A stretch of DNA of 41,938 bases from Gemmatimonadota bacterium (GCA_040389905.1 JAZJZK010000040.1:1-41938), one strand, 5' to 3'; shown: positions 17,675 to 28,103, counted from the first letter of the stretch. Numbers and translations: made by a program. Notes: a model not told the origin generated them from the letters alone.

Positions 17675-18641
17675 CGCGAACAGCGGCCGTCAACGCCGGA
17701 ACCACTTCCAGCACGTCGCCGACGATTCCGTAGTCTGCAACCTTGAAGATCGGCGCTTCCTTGTCCTTGTTGATCGCGACGATCGTCTTCGACGTCCGCA
17801 TGCCGGCAAGATGCTGGATCGCGCCGCTGATACCAACGGCGACGTACAGCTGCGGGCTCACCTGGCGACCGGTCTGTCCGATCTGGTCGCTGTGCGGGCG
17901 CCAGCCGTCGTCCGTGACGGCACGCGTTGCACCGACCGCGGCGTGTCCGAACGCATCGGCGAGATCTTCGACGAGCTTGAAGTTCTCCGCGGCCTTGAGT
18001 CCCCGTCCGCCTGACACGATGATCGACGCCTCGCCGAGATCAGGGCGTCCTTTCGCGCCTTCCTTCACCTCCGTCACCGTGATCGTCGCGCCTGTTGCGG
18101 GGACCGCCGCCAGCGATTCGGTGCGTGCTTCCCTTGGCGTTTCGACGGCGGTGAATGCGCTTGGGCGTACGCTGATCACGACGGGCGCTCCGGTGATGAC
18201 GAGCGTCACGATGACCTTGTTTGCATACGCGGGATGCTTGACGGTCAGGCTTTCGCCACTCACCGAGATTTCCGTGACGTCGCTGACGATGGGCGCATCG
18301 AGGCGCGCAGCGACTCTCGGTCCGAGATCGCGGCCCTGTGCGGAAAAGCCAAGGACGACCGCGCGATACCCACCTGATTTGGCACGCTCAGCGATCGTCG
18401 CTGCAATCGATTCACGCGCAAAGGTGGCATATTCGGCGCTCTCGGCAACGAGTACGACATCCGCTCCGTACGTGCCGAGCAGCGATGCCTTCTCGCCGAT
18501 TCCGGCAGAACCTGCGAGCACGGCGTGGACTTCGCCGCCACCAGTGGCGTCGGCAAGGGCGCGTGCCGCGGTGACTGCTTCGAACGCGATCTTTCGCGGC
18601 GCATCGCCGCGGGATTCCGCGTACACGAGAATGTTCGCCAT
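17655..18641 (-). CDS. etfA: Electron transfer flavoprotein alpha subunit
   Basis: IIVSGGRG, VGATRA, QIGQTG, LYVAVGISGAIQHLAGM and AINKD..APIF motifs. Confidence 0.96.
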   Translation of the reverse strand: MANILVYAESRGDAPRKIAFEAVTAARALADATGGGEVHAVLAGSAGIGEKASLLGTYGADVVLVAESAEYATFARESIAATIAERAKSGGYRAVVLGFSAQGRDLGPRVAARLDAPIVSDVTEISVSGESLTVKHPAYANKVIVTLVITGAPVVISVRPSAFTAVETPREARTESLAAVPATGATITVTEVKEGAKGRPDLGEASIIVSGGRGLKAAENFKLVEDLADAFGHAAVGATRAVTDDGWRPHSDQIGQTGRQVSPQLYVAVGISGAIQHLAGMRTSKTIVAINKDKEAPIFKVADYGIVGDVLEVVPALTAAVRDARKGH

Positions 18642-19393
18642 CAGATCACCTTCGCTTCATTCTGGAGGAGTCGCACCAATTCCGGGACCGCAGCCACACC
18701 TTCGCCGATGATACGGCCGGCGGGGCGATCCGGCGGAAGCTCCATCTTTTGGACGCTCATGCGCACGGCGCCGAGATTTGCTGCCTTCGATTCGAGCGGC
18801 TTCTTCTTCGCCGCCATGATGCCCTTGAGCGACGGATAGCGTGGGCGCGCGACGCCTTCATCGATGGTAACCACGGCTGGCAGTGAAAACGTCACCAGTT
18901 CAGCGGCGCCTTCGAGCTCGCGCCGCGCGGTTCCCTGCCCATTCGCGACGGATAGCTCCGAAGCGGCAGTCACGCATGGTATGCCGAGGAGTTCGGCGGT
19001 CGCGGTTCCGACGACGCCTGACGACGCGTCGAACGAGTGTTTGCCAAACAGGATGAGGTCGTAGCCTCCCTGTGCCAGTTCGGCGGCGAGCGCCTTGGCA
19101 ATGGCGATTCCATCGGCGGGAACGGCGTCGGCCTTGAGATGTACGGCGCGATCGACGCCCATGCTCATGGCCTTCCTGAGCGATTCCTGAACGTTGTCCG
19201 GGCCGAGTGCGATGACGACGGACTCGCCGCCGCCGGCCTTCTCGTTGATCTGGAGCGCGGCTTCGACGGCGTACCCGGCGAAGTCGTCGATATCGAATTT
19301 CAGCCCGGTTTCGTCTATCGACGAGCCAGACGGGGCGATCTTGAAGCGCGACTCGGAATCGGGAGTGCGCTTGATGCAGACGGCAATTTTCAT
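18641..19393 (-). CDS. etfB: Electron transfer flavoprotein beta subunit
   Basis: MKIAVCIK..PD, DLILFGK, PRYPSLKGIMAAKKK motifs. GGAGG RBS before ATG 19393. Confidence 0.96.
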   Translation of the reverse strand: MKIAVCIKRTPDSESRFKIAPSGSSIDETGLKFDIDDFAGYAVEAALQINEKAGGGESVVIALGPDNVQESLRKAMSMGVDRAVHLKADAVPADGIAIAKALAAELAQGGYDLILFGKHSFDASSGVVGTATAELLGIPCVTAASELSVANGQGTARRELEGAAELVTFSLPAVVTIDEGVARPRYPSLKGIMAAKKKPLESKAANLGAVRMSVQKMELPPDRPAGRIIGEGVAAVPELVRLLQNEAKVI

Positions 19394-19404
19394 TGCCGAC
19401 CTCC

Positions 19405-19422
19405 ATGTGAAAAGATTCACAT
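19405..19422. promoter_or_regulatory. Palindromic operator ATGTGAA-aaga-TTCACAT (Rex-like, also fits CRP TGTGA-N6-TCACA)
   Basis: Perfect 7-bp arms immediately upstream of the etfB RBS and downstream of a TACACT -10 (minus strand, 19425-19430). Confidence 0.7.
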
Positions 19423-19679
19423 GTAGTGTAGATGGCTCGCGGCAGATGAGGTAGTAGCGCGTTCATTGCGCGAACCGAGTGCTGCACCGGTGCTACAGAG
19501 TGCGGCGTGGTCCCGGCAGGACGCATCCCAAATTGCCGCGCAGCGCGCGAGCACACCGTATAAGACGTTTATTCGCAATGACTTAGTCCGTGCGCATCAG
19601 CGTCAGTTTGAACGTGTGGCCTTGGCACTGCTTCTTGCAATGCATGAGCCCGCAGCACTCCCACACACAATCCCGATTC

Positions 19680-20339
19680 ATGAGAATTCGCAGCTTCTTG
19701 GCCGCCGCCGGCTTGTTCACTGCGACGTCGCAGCTTCACGCACAGACGGCCTTCATCGCGTCTGAGGGAGCATTCGGGACGCCAGCGGGCTATCTGCACT
19801 GGGTAGACAAGGGTCCCGAGTATACCGTCGTCTCCAACCCATTCACGATTGCCGCCACGGGTATCAGCAACACCGCCACGGTGTGGAAAGCGGGTGGCAC
19901 GTTTCAGCGGCTGTCGAACCAGAATTCGTGGGGCGGGAACTTCGCGCCGCTCGAGCCGCTGCTCTACAACGCGTCGGGCGATCCGATGCACTTCGACTTC
20001 GCCAATGCGATCCACCAATTCGGCCTCCAGATCAATTCGGATCAACCGATCGATGTTCCGTGGAGTGCGTCGATCTCAGCGTACGATTTCTCGAACACGC
20101 TGCTCGGGACCTTCTCGGCGTTCGGGGTGAGGACCGATTCGTTCGACGACACAGCGCTCTTTCTCGGCGTCGGGAGCTCGACGAACATCTATCACGTGGT
20201 CGTCAGCACGAACGCCGACTTCGTCGTCTCCGACGTGAGTCTGGATGCCGCAACCGAGACGACGCCGGAGCCGGCGTCGCTGGTGTTGCTCGCCACCGGC
20301 ATCGGTGCGATTGCATTCCTGAGACGCCGTCGGGCCTGA
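19680..20339 (+). CDS. PEP-CTERM sorting-domain protein
   Basis: Signal peptide MRIRSFLAAAGLFTATSQLHA. C-terminus TTPEPASLVLLATGIGAIAFLRRRRA is a PEP motif, TM segment and basic tail. Confidence 0.92.
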   Translation: MRIRSFLAAAGLFTATSQLHAQTAFIASEGAFGTPAGYLHWVDKGPEYTVVSNPFTIAATGISNTATVWKAGGTFQRLSNQNSWGGNFAPLEPLLYNASGDPMHFDFANAIHQFGLQINSDQPIDVPWSASISAYDFSNTLLGTFSAFGVRTDSFDDTALFLGVGSSTNIYHVVVSTNADFVVSDVSLDAATETTPEPASLVLLATGIGAIAFLRRRRA

Positions 20340-20356
20340 TCGCGCAGGCGACATGC

Positions 20357-20398
20357 ACGAAGGGCCTGCATCTCCCTCGGGAGGTGCAGGCCCTTCGT
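20357..20398. terminator. Long hairpin between convergent genes (likely bidirectional terminator)
   Basis: ACGAAGGGCCTGCATCTCCC-tc-GGGAGGTGCAGGCCCTTCGT, a stem of about 19-20 bp with one G-U pair. Confidence 0.8.
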
Positions 20399-20410
20399 TC
20401 GTGAGAGAAT

Positions 20411-21583
<1,173 letters not shown>

Positions 21584-21695
21584 GAGTGAAAGTCATTGGG
21601 TTTTGTGGTGACTCGAAAGGTAATCGGCGCGGTCTGGACGCGTGATGTGCCTCGACGTACAGTAGCCTCTGGATATCCACCGAGGCTGAGGACGC

Positions 21696-22250
21696 ATGTC
21701 AAAGAAGATTCTGATCATCACGGGCGACGGCGGCGAGTGCTACGAGACACTCTACGCGACACATCGTTTCCGCGAGGCCGGCTACGAGGCGCGCATTGCC
21801 GCGAAGTCGGTCAAGCGCCTGCACCTCGTCATTCACGACTTCGAACCGGACTGGGACACCTACATGGAACGGCCGGGTTACCAGGTCGAGTCGGATCTCG
21901 CCTTCGAGGACGTCCGCGTCGAGGACTACGACGCCGTTCTCCTGATCGGGGGGAGAGCGCCGGAGTACCTGCGGCACGATGCCCGGGTGCTTGATATCAT
22001 GCGCGAATTCGACGCGCAGGAAAAATGGCTGTTCGCGATCTGCCACGGCGTGCAGGTGCTCGCGAGCGCCGGGCTCGCGAAGGGCAAGCGCGTGACGGCG
22101 TACGAGCACTGTCGAACGGACTGCGAATCCGGTGGCGGCGAGTACATCTCCGCCGATCAGGCCGTGCGCGACGGCCGGGTCGTCACGGGCCAGACGTGGC
22201 AGTCGCACCCGGAATTCTTTCGTGCAGTCATGGAGTGCCTAGGGAGCTAG
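21696..22250 (+). CDS. DJ-1/PfpI family protein
   Basis: E..E near the N-terminus, GGRAPEYLR, nucleophile-elbow AICHG. Confidence 0.92.
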   Translation: MSKKILIITGDGGECYETLYATHRFREAGYEARIAAKSVKRLHLVIHDFEPDWDTYMERPGYQVESDLAFEDVRVEDYDAVLLIGGRAPEYLRHDARVLDIMREFDAQEKWLFAICHGVQVLASAGLAKGKRVTAYEHCRTDCESGGGEYISADQAVRDGRVVTGQTWQSHPEFFRAVMECLGS

Positions 22251-22261
22251 GAGCCCGCTCG

Positions 22262-22669
22262 CTACTTACATGCCTGCTGCGCCCGCGCGCTGTCTGCCCG
22301 CACGAACAGCCCCTGAACGCTGCGACGCATGCGTTGCATGCCGCCGTCCTCCGTCACTTCGTCTGTTACGAGGACTCCCGTCGCGCCGACTGATCCGGCG
22401 CGCGCGCGCAATGCGAGTTCCGCCGCTTCCGCCTCTTCCGGGCTCGTCACGCGAATCGGTGCGTCCGGCGGCGGAACGCGCAGCGTGTCGTACGGCGTCG
22501 GCACCTGACTCTTGTCGGTAAAGACGCGAACACCCTTGGCGCACACGGGCGGCCGGCCAGGTGCGGGGTTCGCCGCCGAGGCGCCCTGCGCCGAGGACGA
22601 TGCGCCCGCCGCGACGGTGACGAGCGACGCGATCGCGACCGCGCGCAAGGATCGAATGATGGACGACAT
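22262..22669 (-). CDS. Small secreted protein (YbjQ/RcsF/DUF4156-like LR..A...GA.GV motif)
   Basis: Signal peptide, two Cys (VCAKG, QACK), and LRARAGSVGATGVLV. GGAG upstream. Confidence 0.7.
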   Translation of the reverse strand: MSSIIRSLRAVAIASLVTVAAGASSSAQGASAANPAPGRPPVCAKGVRVFTDKSQVPTPYDTLRVPPPDAPIRVTSPEEAEAAELALRARAGSVGATGVLVTDEVTEDGGMQRMRRSVQGLFVRADSARAQQACK

Positions 22670-22694
22670 GGTAGAGGCTCCGTGGTGAGGTGAA

Positions 22695-22800
22695 TGTCCA
22701 ACAACTGTTGGACACGGCCGCCGGGCCGATGGTTTCCGCGGAAACGTTCACGCCGGTGGCTGTGTCCAACGATCGTTGGATATCCAACAACTGTTGGATG
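22695..22800. promoter_or_regulatory. Divergent ECF-like promoter pair with three palindromic operators
   Basis: Operators TGTCCAACAacTGTTGGACA (22695-22714), TGTCCAACGatCGTTGGATA (22763-22782) and TATCCAACAacTGTTGGATG (22781-22800). The central palindrome GTTTCCGCGGAAAC (22732-22745) gives GGAAAC-N16-GTGTCCAAC on both strands. Confidence 0.8.
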
Positions 22801-22829
22801 TTGCCCGTCACCAGCCCCGAGCCTGCCCC

Positions 22830-25800
22830 ATGTCACCACGTCGTCGCGCACTCACATGTGCCGCCTGCCTGCTTGTCCTTCCCATGGCCGGATCGCTCGC
22901 GCAGGTGGCGACACCGGCCGCAACCTCACGCCACGAGATCGTGCGTGGAACGGTGCTCGATGCCGCGGCGAAGCCCATTGCCGGCGCGGAGATCATCGCC
23001 ACCCGCGCGCCGGACCGTGCGTTCAAGTCCAGCACGACCGATGCCGCTGGTCGCTACAGCATCGATTGGCCCGATGGCACCGGAGACTATCTGATCCACG
23101 CCACGGCCGTCGGGTTTCAGACCTTCCGGAGGCGGGTCACGCGCACGGGATCGGACACAGTGCTCGTCCTTGATATTGTGCTCGCACCCATCGTGAAGGC
23201 CCAGGAACTCGCGCCGGTGGTTACCACTGCGCGCAAGCCGAAACCGACGCGCGATCCCGCGTTCGGCGCTGACGTTGGTGCGGCGGAGCAGCTGTCGGGA
23301 GGAATGATCGGGAAGCTCGCGCCCGACATCGCGGGCGACCTGAGCGCGATCGCCGCAACGTTGCCAGGCGTCATGCCGGTCAGTGGCGGCGTATCCGTGC
23401 TCGGACTCGGCGCCGACCAGAACAGCACGACGCTCAATGGGATGGCTTTCCCCGGCGGTGACGTACCGAGGGATGCGAACACGCGCGTTCGCGTATCGAC
23501 GTCGGCATATGATCCGGTCCGCGGTTGGTTCAGCGGCGCCAGCACGAACGTCGAGCTCGCACCGGGCAATCTCTTTGGTGCGCGTCGTTCGCATGTGACC
23601 CTCGACGCGCCCGCGCTCCAGGTCAACGACCCCGTATCCGCTCACCTCGGCCAGCGATTCACCAGCGGCCAACTCAATGTCGGGGAGGATGGCGAGCTTG
23701 TCGAGGACAAGTGGTACTACAACATGGGCATTCAGGGCGGACGGCGAACGGCACCTGTCAGTTCGCTCGTCTCCGCGGATGCCGCGCTGCTGTCGCACGC
23801 AGGACTCGCGAGCGATTCCGCCGCGCGCCTCCAGTCGCTTGCGCTCGCGCGCGGAATTCCAGCGTCGACGAGTGCCGCGTCGTCGGCCGCCATCACCGAC
23901 AATATTTCGTTTCTCGGACGTTTCGATCACACGCCCTTTGATCCCGTAACCCTGGGCGCGGCCAAGACGACGTGGGGAGTCACGGCCTACGGCCGGCTCG
24001 CGCGGACGAGCGCCCTCGGGGCCTCACCCGCCGCGACGCCGGCGCACGGCGGCGAGACCGCACAGCACACCGGCTCGATTCAAGCGCAGTATTCGACCTT
24101 CTTCGGGCGCGACTTTCTCGCAGACGTTCGCAGCAATCTCTCGCTCGTGCGCAATCGGACGACGCCCTACCTCGCGCTTCCCGATGCGCGCGTGCGCATT
24201 GAATCGAGTCTCGACGATGGCGCAGGCGCGGTGGCGCTTGGCGAAGTCGGCGGAAACAGTAGCCTCGACGCGGATACGAAAGCGTGGACGTGGGAAAACG
24301 CCGCCGACGTGCAGTTCTACGCCACCAATACTCCCGCGCATCGCGTGAAGCTCAGTGGCGACGTTCGGCTCGATGGTTATAGCCAGACGCTCGCGCCAAA
24401 CCGTCTTGGGACGTTCTTCTATAACTCCCTCGCCGACTTCGGTGCGAATGCACCGGCGTCGTACTCGCGCACGCTGACTGCGCCTGCGCGCGACGGGGCG
24501 GAGTGGAATGCCTTCATCGCCGTCAGTGACTTGTGGCGGGCGAGCCCCAGCTGGCAGCTCCTCTATGGTGCGCGCATCGAAGGCAATGCGTTCACGAATG
24601 CGCCGGCCCGCAACGTCGCGATCGAGCAGCGATTCGGCGCGCGAAACGATTTCACGCCCGCGGGGGTTCATGTCAGTCCGCGTTTCGGCTTCACGTACAA
24701 TCGTTCCGCACAAATCCGGAACGGCGTCATGGATGGAGCGCTTGGCAGATTCACGAGCACGACCCCTGGCGTCCTCCGGGGAGGGTTCGGCGAGTTCCGC
24801 GGTCTGACGCAAGCGACAGCACTCGCGAACGCGCTCGTGAGCACGGGGCTCGAAGGGACACAGTCGCGGTTGAGCTGTATTGGCAGTGCTGTTCCGCGCC
24901 CGGATTGGCAGGCGTATGTAAACAACGCTGGCGCGATCCCGACCACGTGTGTCGGGGGCGCAACCTCGTTCGTTGATGCGGCGCCGAACGTAGCCTTGGT
25001 CGATCCCTCCTGGAGCGCAGCACGGAGTTGGCGCGGCAACGTTGCGTGGAGCTCGATCGTCGGGATGTTCAACTATACGCTGGAGGGTCTGTATTCCCTC
25101 AACCTCGGTCAGCCGGGGAGCATCGATCTGAATTTCGGCAATGCTGCCCGATTCACCGTAGCGGACGAGGGACGCCCGGTCTTCGCCGATGCGAGCGATA
25201 TCGTGCCCGGAACCGGGCTCGTGAGCGGTACTCGGGCGCGACTCGCCAGCGAGTTCGGCCGCGTTACCAGTATTCGCAACGATGGGCGCTCGATCAGCAA
25301 GCAGGCGACGCTCACGGTGTCTCCCAACTTGTTTGGCGGAGGGTTCTCGAACTTCTACGTCGCGGCGGCGTACACCCTCTCATCGATCCAGGCGCAACAG
25401 CGTGGTTTCGACGCATCGACCTTTGGTTCTCCTATGGAACGCGCATGGACTCGCGGCATCTTCGATGCGCGTCATCAGCTCTTGTTGCAGGGAGGTTATA
25501 CCACTCCCTATGGCGCGACGTTCACGGTGCTCGGCCGATTGCAGTCTGGCCTCCCCTTCACGCCGATGATCGCGAGCGACGTGAATGGCGACGGCCTGCC
25601 GAACGACCGCGCGTTCATTCCGGATCCTGCGCACGCGAGGGATGCGTCCGTCGCGCAAGGACTGAACAGGCTGCTCTCGTCCGCATCGCCGTCGGTTCGC
25701 GGCTGCCTCACATCTCAGTTCGATCGCGCTGCGGCTGCAGCGAGCTGCGAGGGACCGTGGACGTCCACGCTCAACGCGCGCCTCGGAATCGCTGGCAACG

Positions 25801-26531
25801 GAACGCGTCTGAGCCGCAGAGTGAACATCGGCATCAATTTCTCCAATCCTCTCGGTGGCATCGACCAGTTGCTGCACGGTGCGGACGGTCTACGTGGCTG
25901 GGGCGCACTGGCAACGCCTGATCCCGTGTTGTTCAGCGTGCGTGGCTGGGATGCTGCCAACAACCGCTTTCAGTATGCCGTGAATCCGCGCTTCGGTGAC
26001 AGCCGGCCGACGTCCACGACGCTTCGCGCTCCTTTTCGCATAACCCTTGATGTGGCTATCGACATCGGCCGACCGGTAGAGGAACAGCAAGTGGATCGCT
26101 GGCTTCGTCCTGGTCGCAATGGCCGCGGTGGCCTCAAGGCCGATGGGCAGGAGTTGAAGCGGCGCTATGACAGGAACGTGCCCGACCTTTTTGCGATCAC
26201 GCTGCAGCAGGCGGACTCGCTCCTGCTCTCGCGCGAGCAGGTGGATACGCTGCAGAAGGTTCGGGCAGCTTACCGGGTGCAGATGGATTCAGTGTGGACC
26301 TCGCTGGCGAATCATCTCGCGAACCTGCCGGACAGCTACGATCCACACGACGCGTACACGCGCGCGTCCGGGACAATCGATGGCGCGTGGGAACTGACGC
26401 GGGATGTCCTCAAGCGATCGCTGCCAGGGATACTCAATCCCGTTCAGATTCAACTCCTGCCCAGTGTCGTGAAGACGTTGCTGGATTCGACGGGCCCGCT
26501 GCGGATTCGAATCTTCATCACGGGCGGGTGA
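22830..26531 (+). CDS. Carboxypeptidase-regulatory-like domain / TonB-dependent-receptor-like outer-membrane protein with C-terminal helical extension
   Basis: Signal peptide, VRGTVLD...PIAGA...TTDAAGRY domain, plug-like segment (NSTTLNG), long amphipathic barrel (SPRFGFTY, SGLPFTP..DVNGDG..ND), then an alpha-helical tail of about 150 aa. Confidence 0.85.
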   Translation: MSPRRRALTCAACLLVLPMAGSLAQVATPAATSRHEIVRGTVLDAAAKPIAGAEIIATRAPDRAFKSSTTDAAGRYSIDWPDGTGDYLIHATAVGFQTFRRRVTRTGSDTVLVLDIVLAPIVKAQELAPVVTTARKPKPTRDPAFGADVGAAEQLSGGMIGKLAPDIAGDLSAIAATLPGVMPVSGGVSVLGLGADQNSTTLNGMAFPGGDVPRDANTRVRVSTSAYDPVRGWFSGASTNVELAPGNLFGARRSHVTLDAPALQVNDPVSAHLGQRFTSGQLNVGEDGELVEDKWYYNMGIQGGRRTAPVSSLVSADAALLSHAGLASDSAARLQSLALARGIPASTSAASSAAITDNISFLGRFDHTPFDPVTLGAAKTTWGVTAYGRLARTSALGASPAATPAHGGETAQHTGSIQAQYSTFFGRDFLADVRSNLSLVRNRTTPYLALPDARVRIESSLDDGAGAVALGEVGGNSSLDADTKAWTWENAADVQFYATNTPAHRVKLSGDVRLDGYSQTLAPNRLGTFFYNSLADFGANAPASYSRTLTAPARDGAEWNAFIAVSDLWRASPSWQLLYGARIEGNAFTNAPARNVAIEQRFGARNDFTPAGVHVSPRFGFTYNRSAQIRNGVMDGALGRFTSTTPGVLRGGFGEFRGLTQATALANALVSTGLEGTQSRLSCIGSAVPRPDWQAYVNNAGAIPTTCVGGATSFVDAAPNVALVDPSWSAARSWRGNVAWSSIVGMFNYTLEGLYSLNLGQPGSIDLNFGNAARFTVADEGRPVFADASDIVPGTGLVSGTRARLASEFGRVTSIRNDGRSISKQATLTVSPNLFGGGFSNFYVAAAYTLSSIQAQQRGFDASTFGSPMERAWTRGIFDARHQLLLQGGYTTPYGATFTVLGRLQSGLPFTPMIASDVNGDGLPNDRAFIPDPAHARDASVAQGLNRLLSSASPSVRGCLTSQFDRAAAAASCEGPWTSTLNARLGIAGNGTRLSRRVNIGINFSNPLGGIDQLLHGADGLRGWGALATPDPVLFSVRGWDAANNRFQYAVNPRFGDSRPTSTTLRAPFRITLDVAIDIGRPVEEQQVDRWLRPGRNGRGGLKADGQELKRRYDRNVPDLFAITLQQADSLLLSREQVDTLQKVRAAYRVQMDSVWTSLANHLANLPDSYDPHDAYTRASGTIDGAWELTRDVLKRSLPGILNPVQIQLLPSVVKTLLDSTGPLRIRIFITGG

Positions 26532-26569
26532 TACTCGTTTGTCGTCCTGAACCGAGCGAGGCCATGCGC

Positions 26570-27679
26570 CTACCGAATCATCACTCGCACTTGCTTCGTA
26601 TGCACGGTCACCGTGCTGTCGATGTCGACGAGGCGCCCAACTTCATGCGCACGGTTCGTTGCGTTGCGCATGATGTCCGCCGGAGCGGCATCGAGCGCAG
26701 GGGCTGGGGAAACGACCGGGAGCAACGAGAGGCCGGCCGCGAGCGCTCCGATGGCGACGAATGCATTGCGGCGTGTTGCCGTGTCGCGCTCGTCGAGCCC
26801 CGCAATGCGCGTAGCGCGTGCCACGAGCGGGGAACCGTCGTACGCCGTTGCCGCGCCACGAAGCGACGAACGCGCATCGAATGGCGACGCAAGCAGCGCG
26901 AGCGCGCCGATCAATCCCTGGCGATCATGCGTGCGGCGGACTGCTGCTTCATCACAGATCAACTCCACGTCGCGCCGAAACTCGCGCGCGACGAGAAAGA
27001 TGAGCGGTTGAAATGCCGACACCGCCGTAACGACCTCGACGAACGCGAACCAGTGCGGGTCCTTGCGCTGAAGATGCGCCACCTCGTGGGCGATCAAGGT
27101 GTCCCGGTGCCGAGTCGAAAACTCCCGGGCCACGACACTCGGCAAGCAAATCTCCGACGCGCCGAGTGCCACTGGAGATGGAAGGTCGCTGGCGATGGAC
27201 AGGTTGATCGACGGGTCGGCGACACCAGGGAATGCACGCCTGCCAACGAGCGCGCGCGCCAGTGCTCGGCGCCGGCCAACCAGGCGTGCTGACGCGAGTG
27301 CAATGGCGACAAGTGCCACGCTGATCACTGCGACCGCGAGCGCGAGCGCCACGGGGTCATCGAGTTGCTTTATGATTCGCTCCCCCGCTCCGTCGTCGAG
27401 CACGCGAACCATGAGACGGCGCCCGGGAAGGTGTATCATGCTGGCGCGTCTCGCGACGTCCGACAGGTCGATGTTGAGGCGCTCGAAGGCTCCAACGCCG
27501 CCGCGGAGCGCGACGGACGTCGTCAGGAGGGGCGCCACGAATGCGGCCTTCCACAAAAGGTCTCGCTCCTGTGGCCGACGGAGCAGTCGACCGAGGAGCA
27601 GCGTCACCACGCAGGCGGCCGCACTGTGGCTCGCATACGTGAGCACGGTTGCCGAGACAGCGGTCAGGATCGCAGGCAT
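26570..27679 (-). CDS. M56 family (BlaR1-like) metallopeptidase, short form
   Basis: TYASHS...LLWK N-terminus homologous to the 13938 gene, SPVALG..EICLP, LIAHEVAH, FQPL, ELICD. Confidence 0.9.
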   Translation of the reverse strand: MPAILTAVSATVLTYASHSAAACVVTLLLGRLLRRPQERDLLWKAAFVAPLLTTSVALRGGVGAFERLNIDLSDVARRASMIHLPGRRLMVRVLDDGAGERIIKQLDDPVALALAVAVISVALVAIALASARLVGRRRALARALVGRRAFPGVADPSINLSIASDLPSPVALGASEICLPSVVAREFSTRHRDTLIAHEVAHLQRKDPHWFAFVEVVTAVSAFQPLIFLVAREFRRDVELICDEAAVRRTHDRQGLIGALALLASPFDARSSLRGAATAYDGSPLVARATRIAGLDERDTATRRNAFVAIGALAAGLSLLPVVSPAPALDAAPADIMRNATNRAHEVGRLVDIDSTVTVHTKQVRVMIR

Positions 27680-27680
27680 G

Positions 27681-28073
27681 CTACTTTCCTCCCTTCACGT
27701 CGCGCTCGAGCTGTCGGAGCAGCGTCACGAGCTTGTCCACATCACCGGACCGAACGTCGCTCGGGTCGAGCGCCAGCGCCCCGGCAAGACGCGGCTGCCC
27801 CACGAAGACCGCACCGAGTAGGCTGGCCATGCGCGAGCGCAGGACGGCTTGCTTTGGCACCGTGGCGCGGTAGACACCGGAACGCTCATCGATGTGATGC
27901 TTTACCAGCCCGCGCTGCTCCAGCCGCGACAAGAGCATGGCGATAGTCTTCCGCGTGATCGGACCTCGTTCGCTCAGGTGCTCGTGAATGGTGCCGATGG
28001 TCGCCTCACGCTCCGACCACAGGACACTCATGATCGTGAGTTGGAGGTCGGTGAGATCGCCGTAGTCGGGCAT
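27681..28073 (-). CDS. BlaI/MecI/CopY family transcriptional repressor
   Basis: ATG at 28073 gives MPDYGDLTDLQLTIMSVLW...ATI..I...KTIAMLLSRL..RG...VYRA; lies directly upstream of the M56 gene. Confidence 0.92.
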   Translation of the reverse strand: MPDYGDLTDLQLTIMSVLWSEREATIGTIHEHLSERGPITRKTIAMLLSRLEQRGLVKHHIDERSGVYRATVPKQAVLRSRMASLLGAVFVGQPRLAGALALDPSDVRSGDVDKLVTLLRQLERDVKGGK

Positions 28074-28103
28074 GCGGATGTCGGTGTAGGGGTGCGAGGC
28101 CGG

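Noticed and set aside
19416..19425. TTCAcaTGTA as a BlaI-1 operator at etfB
   Set aside because: It has one mismatch to TACAnnTGTA and is fully explained by overlap with the stronger Rex/CRP-type palindrome.
22695..22800. Three similar 20-bp palindromes as a mini CRISPR array
   Set aside because: Units are too short, spacing is irregular (48 nt, then overlapping), no cas genes are present, and a fourth copy sits in the blaI promoter. Operators explain them better.
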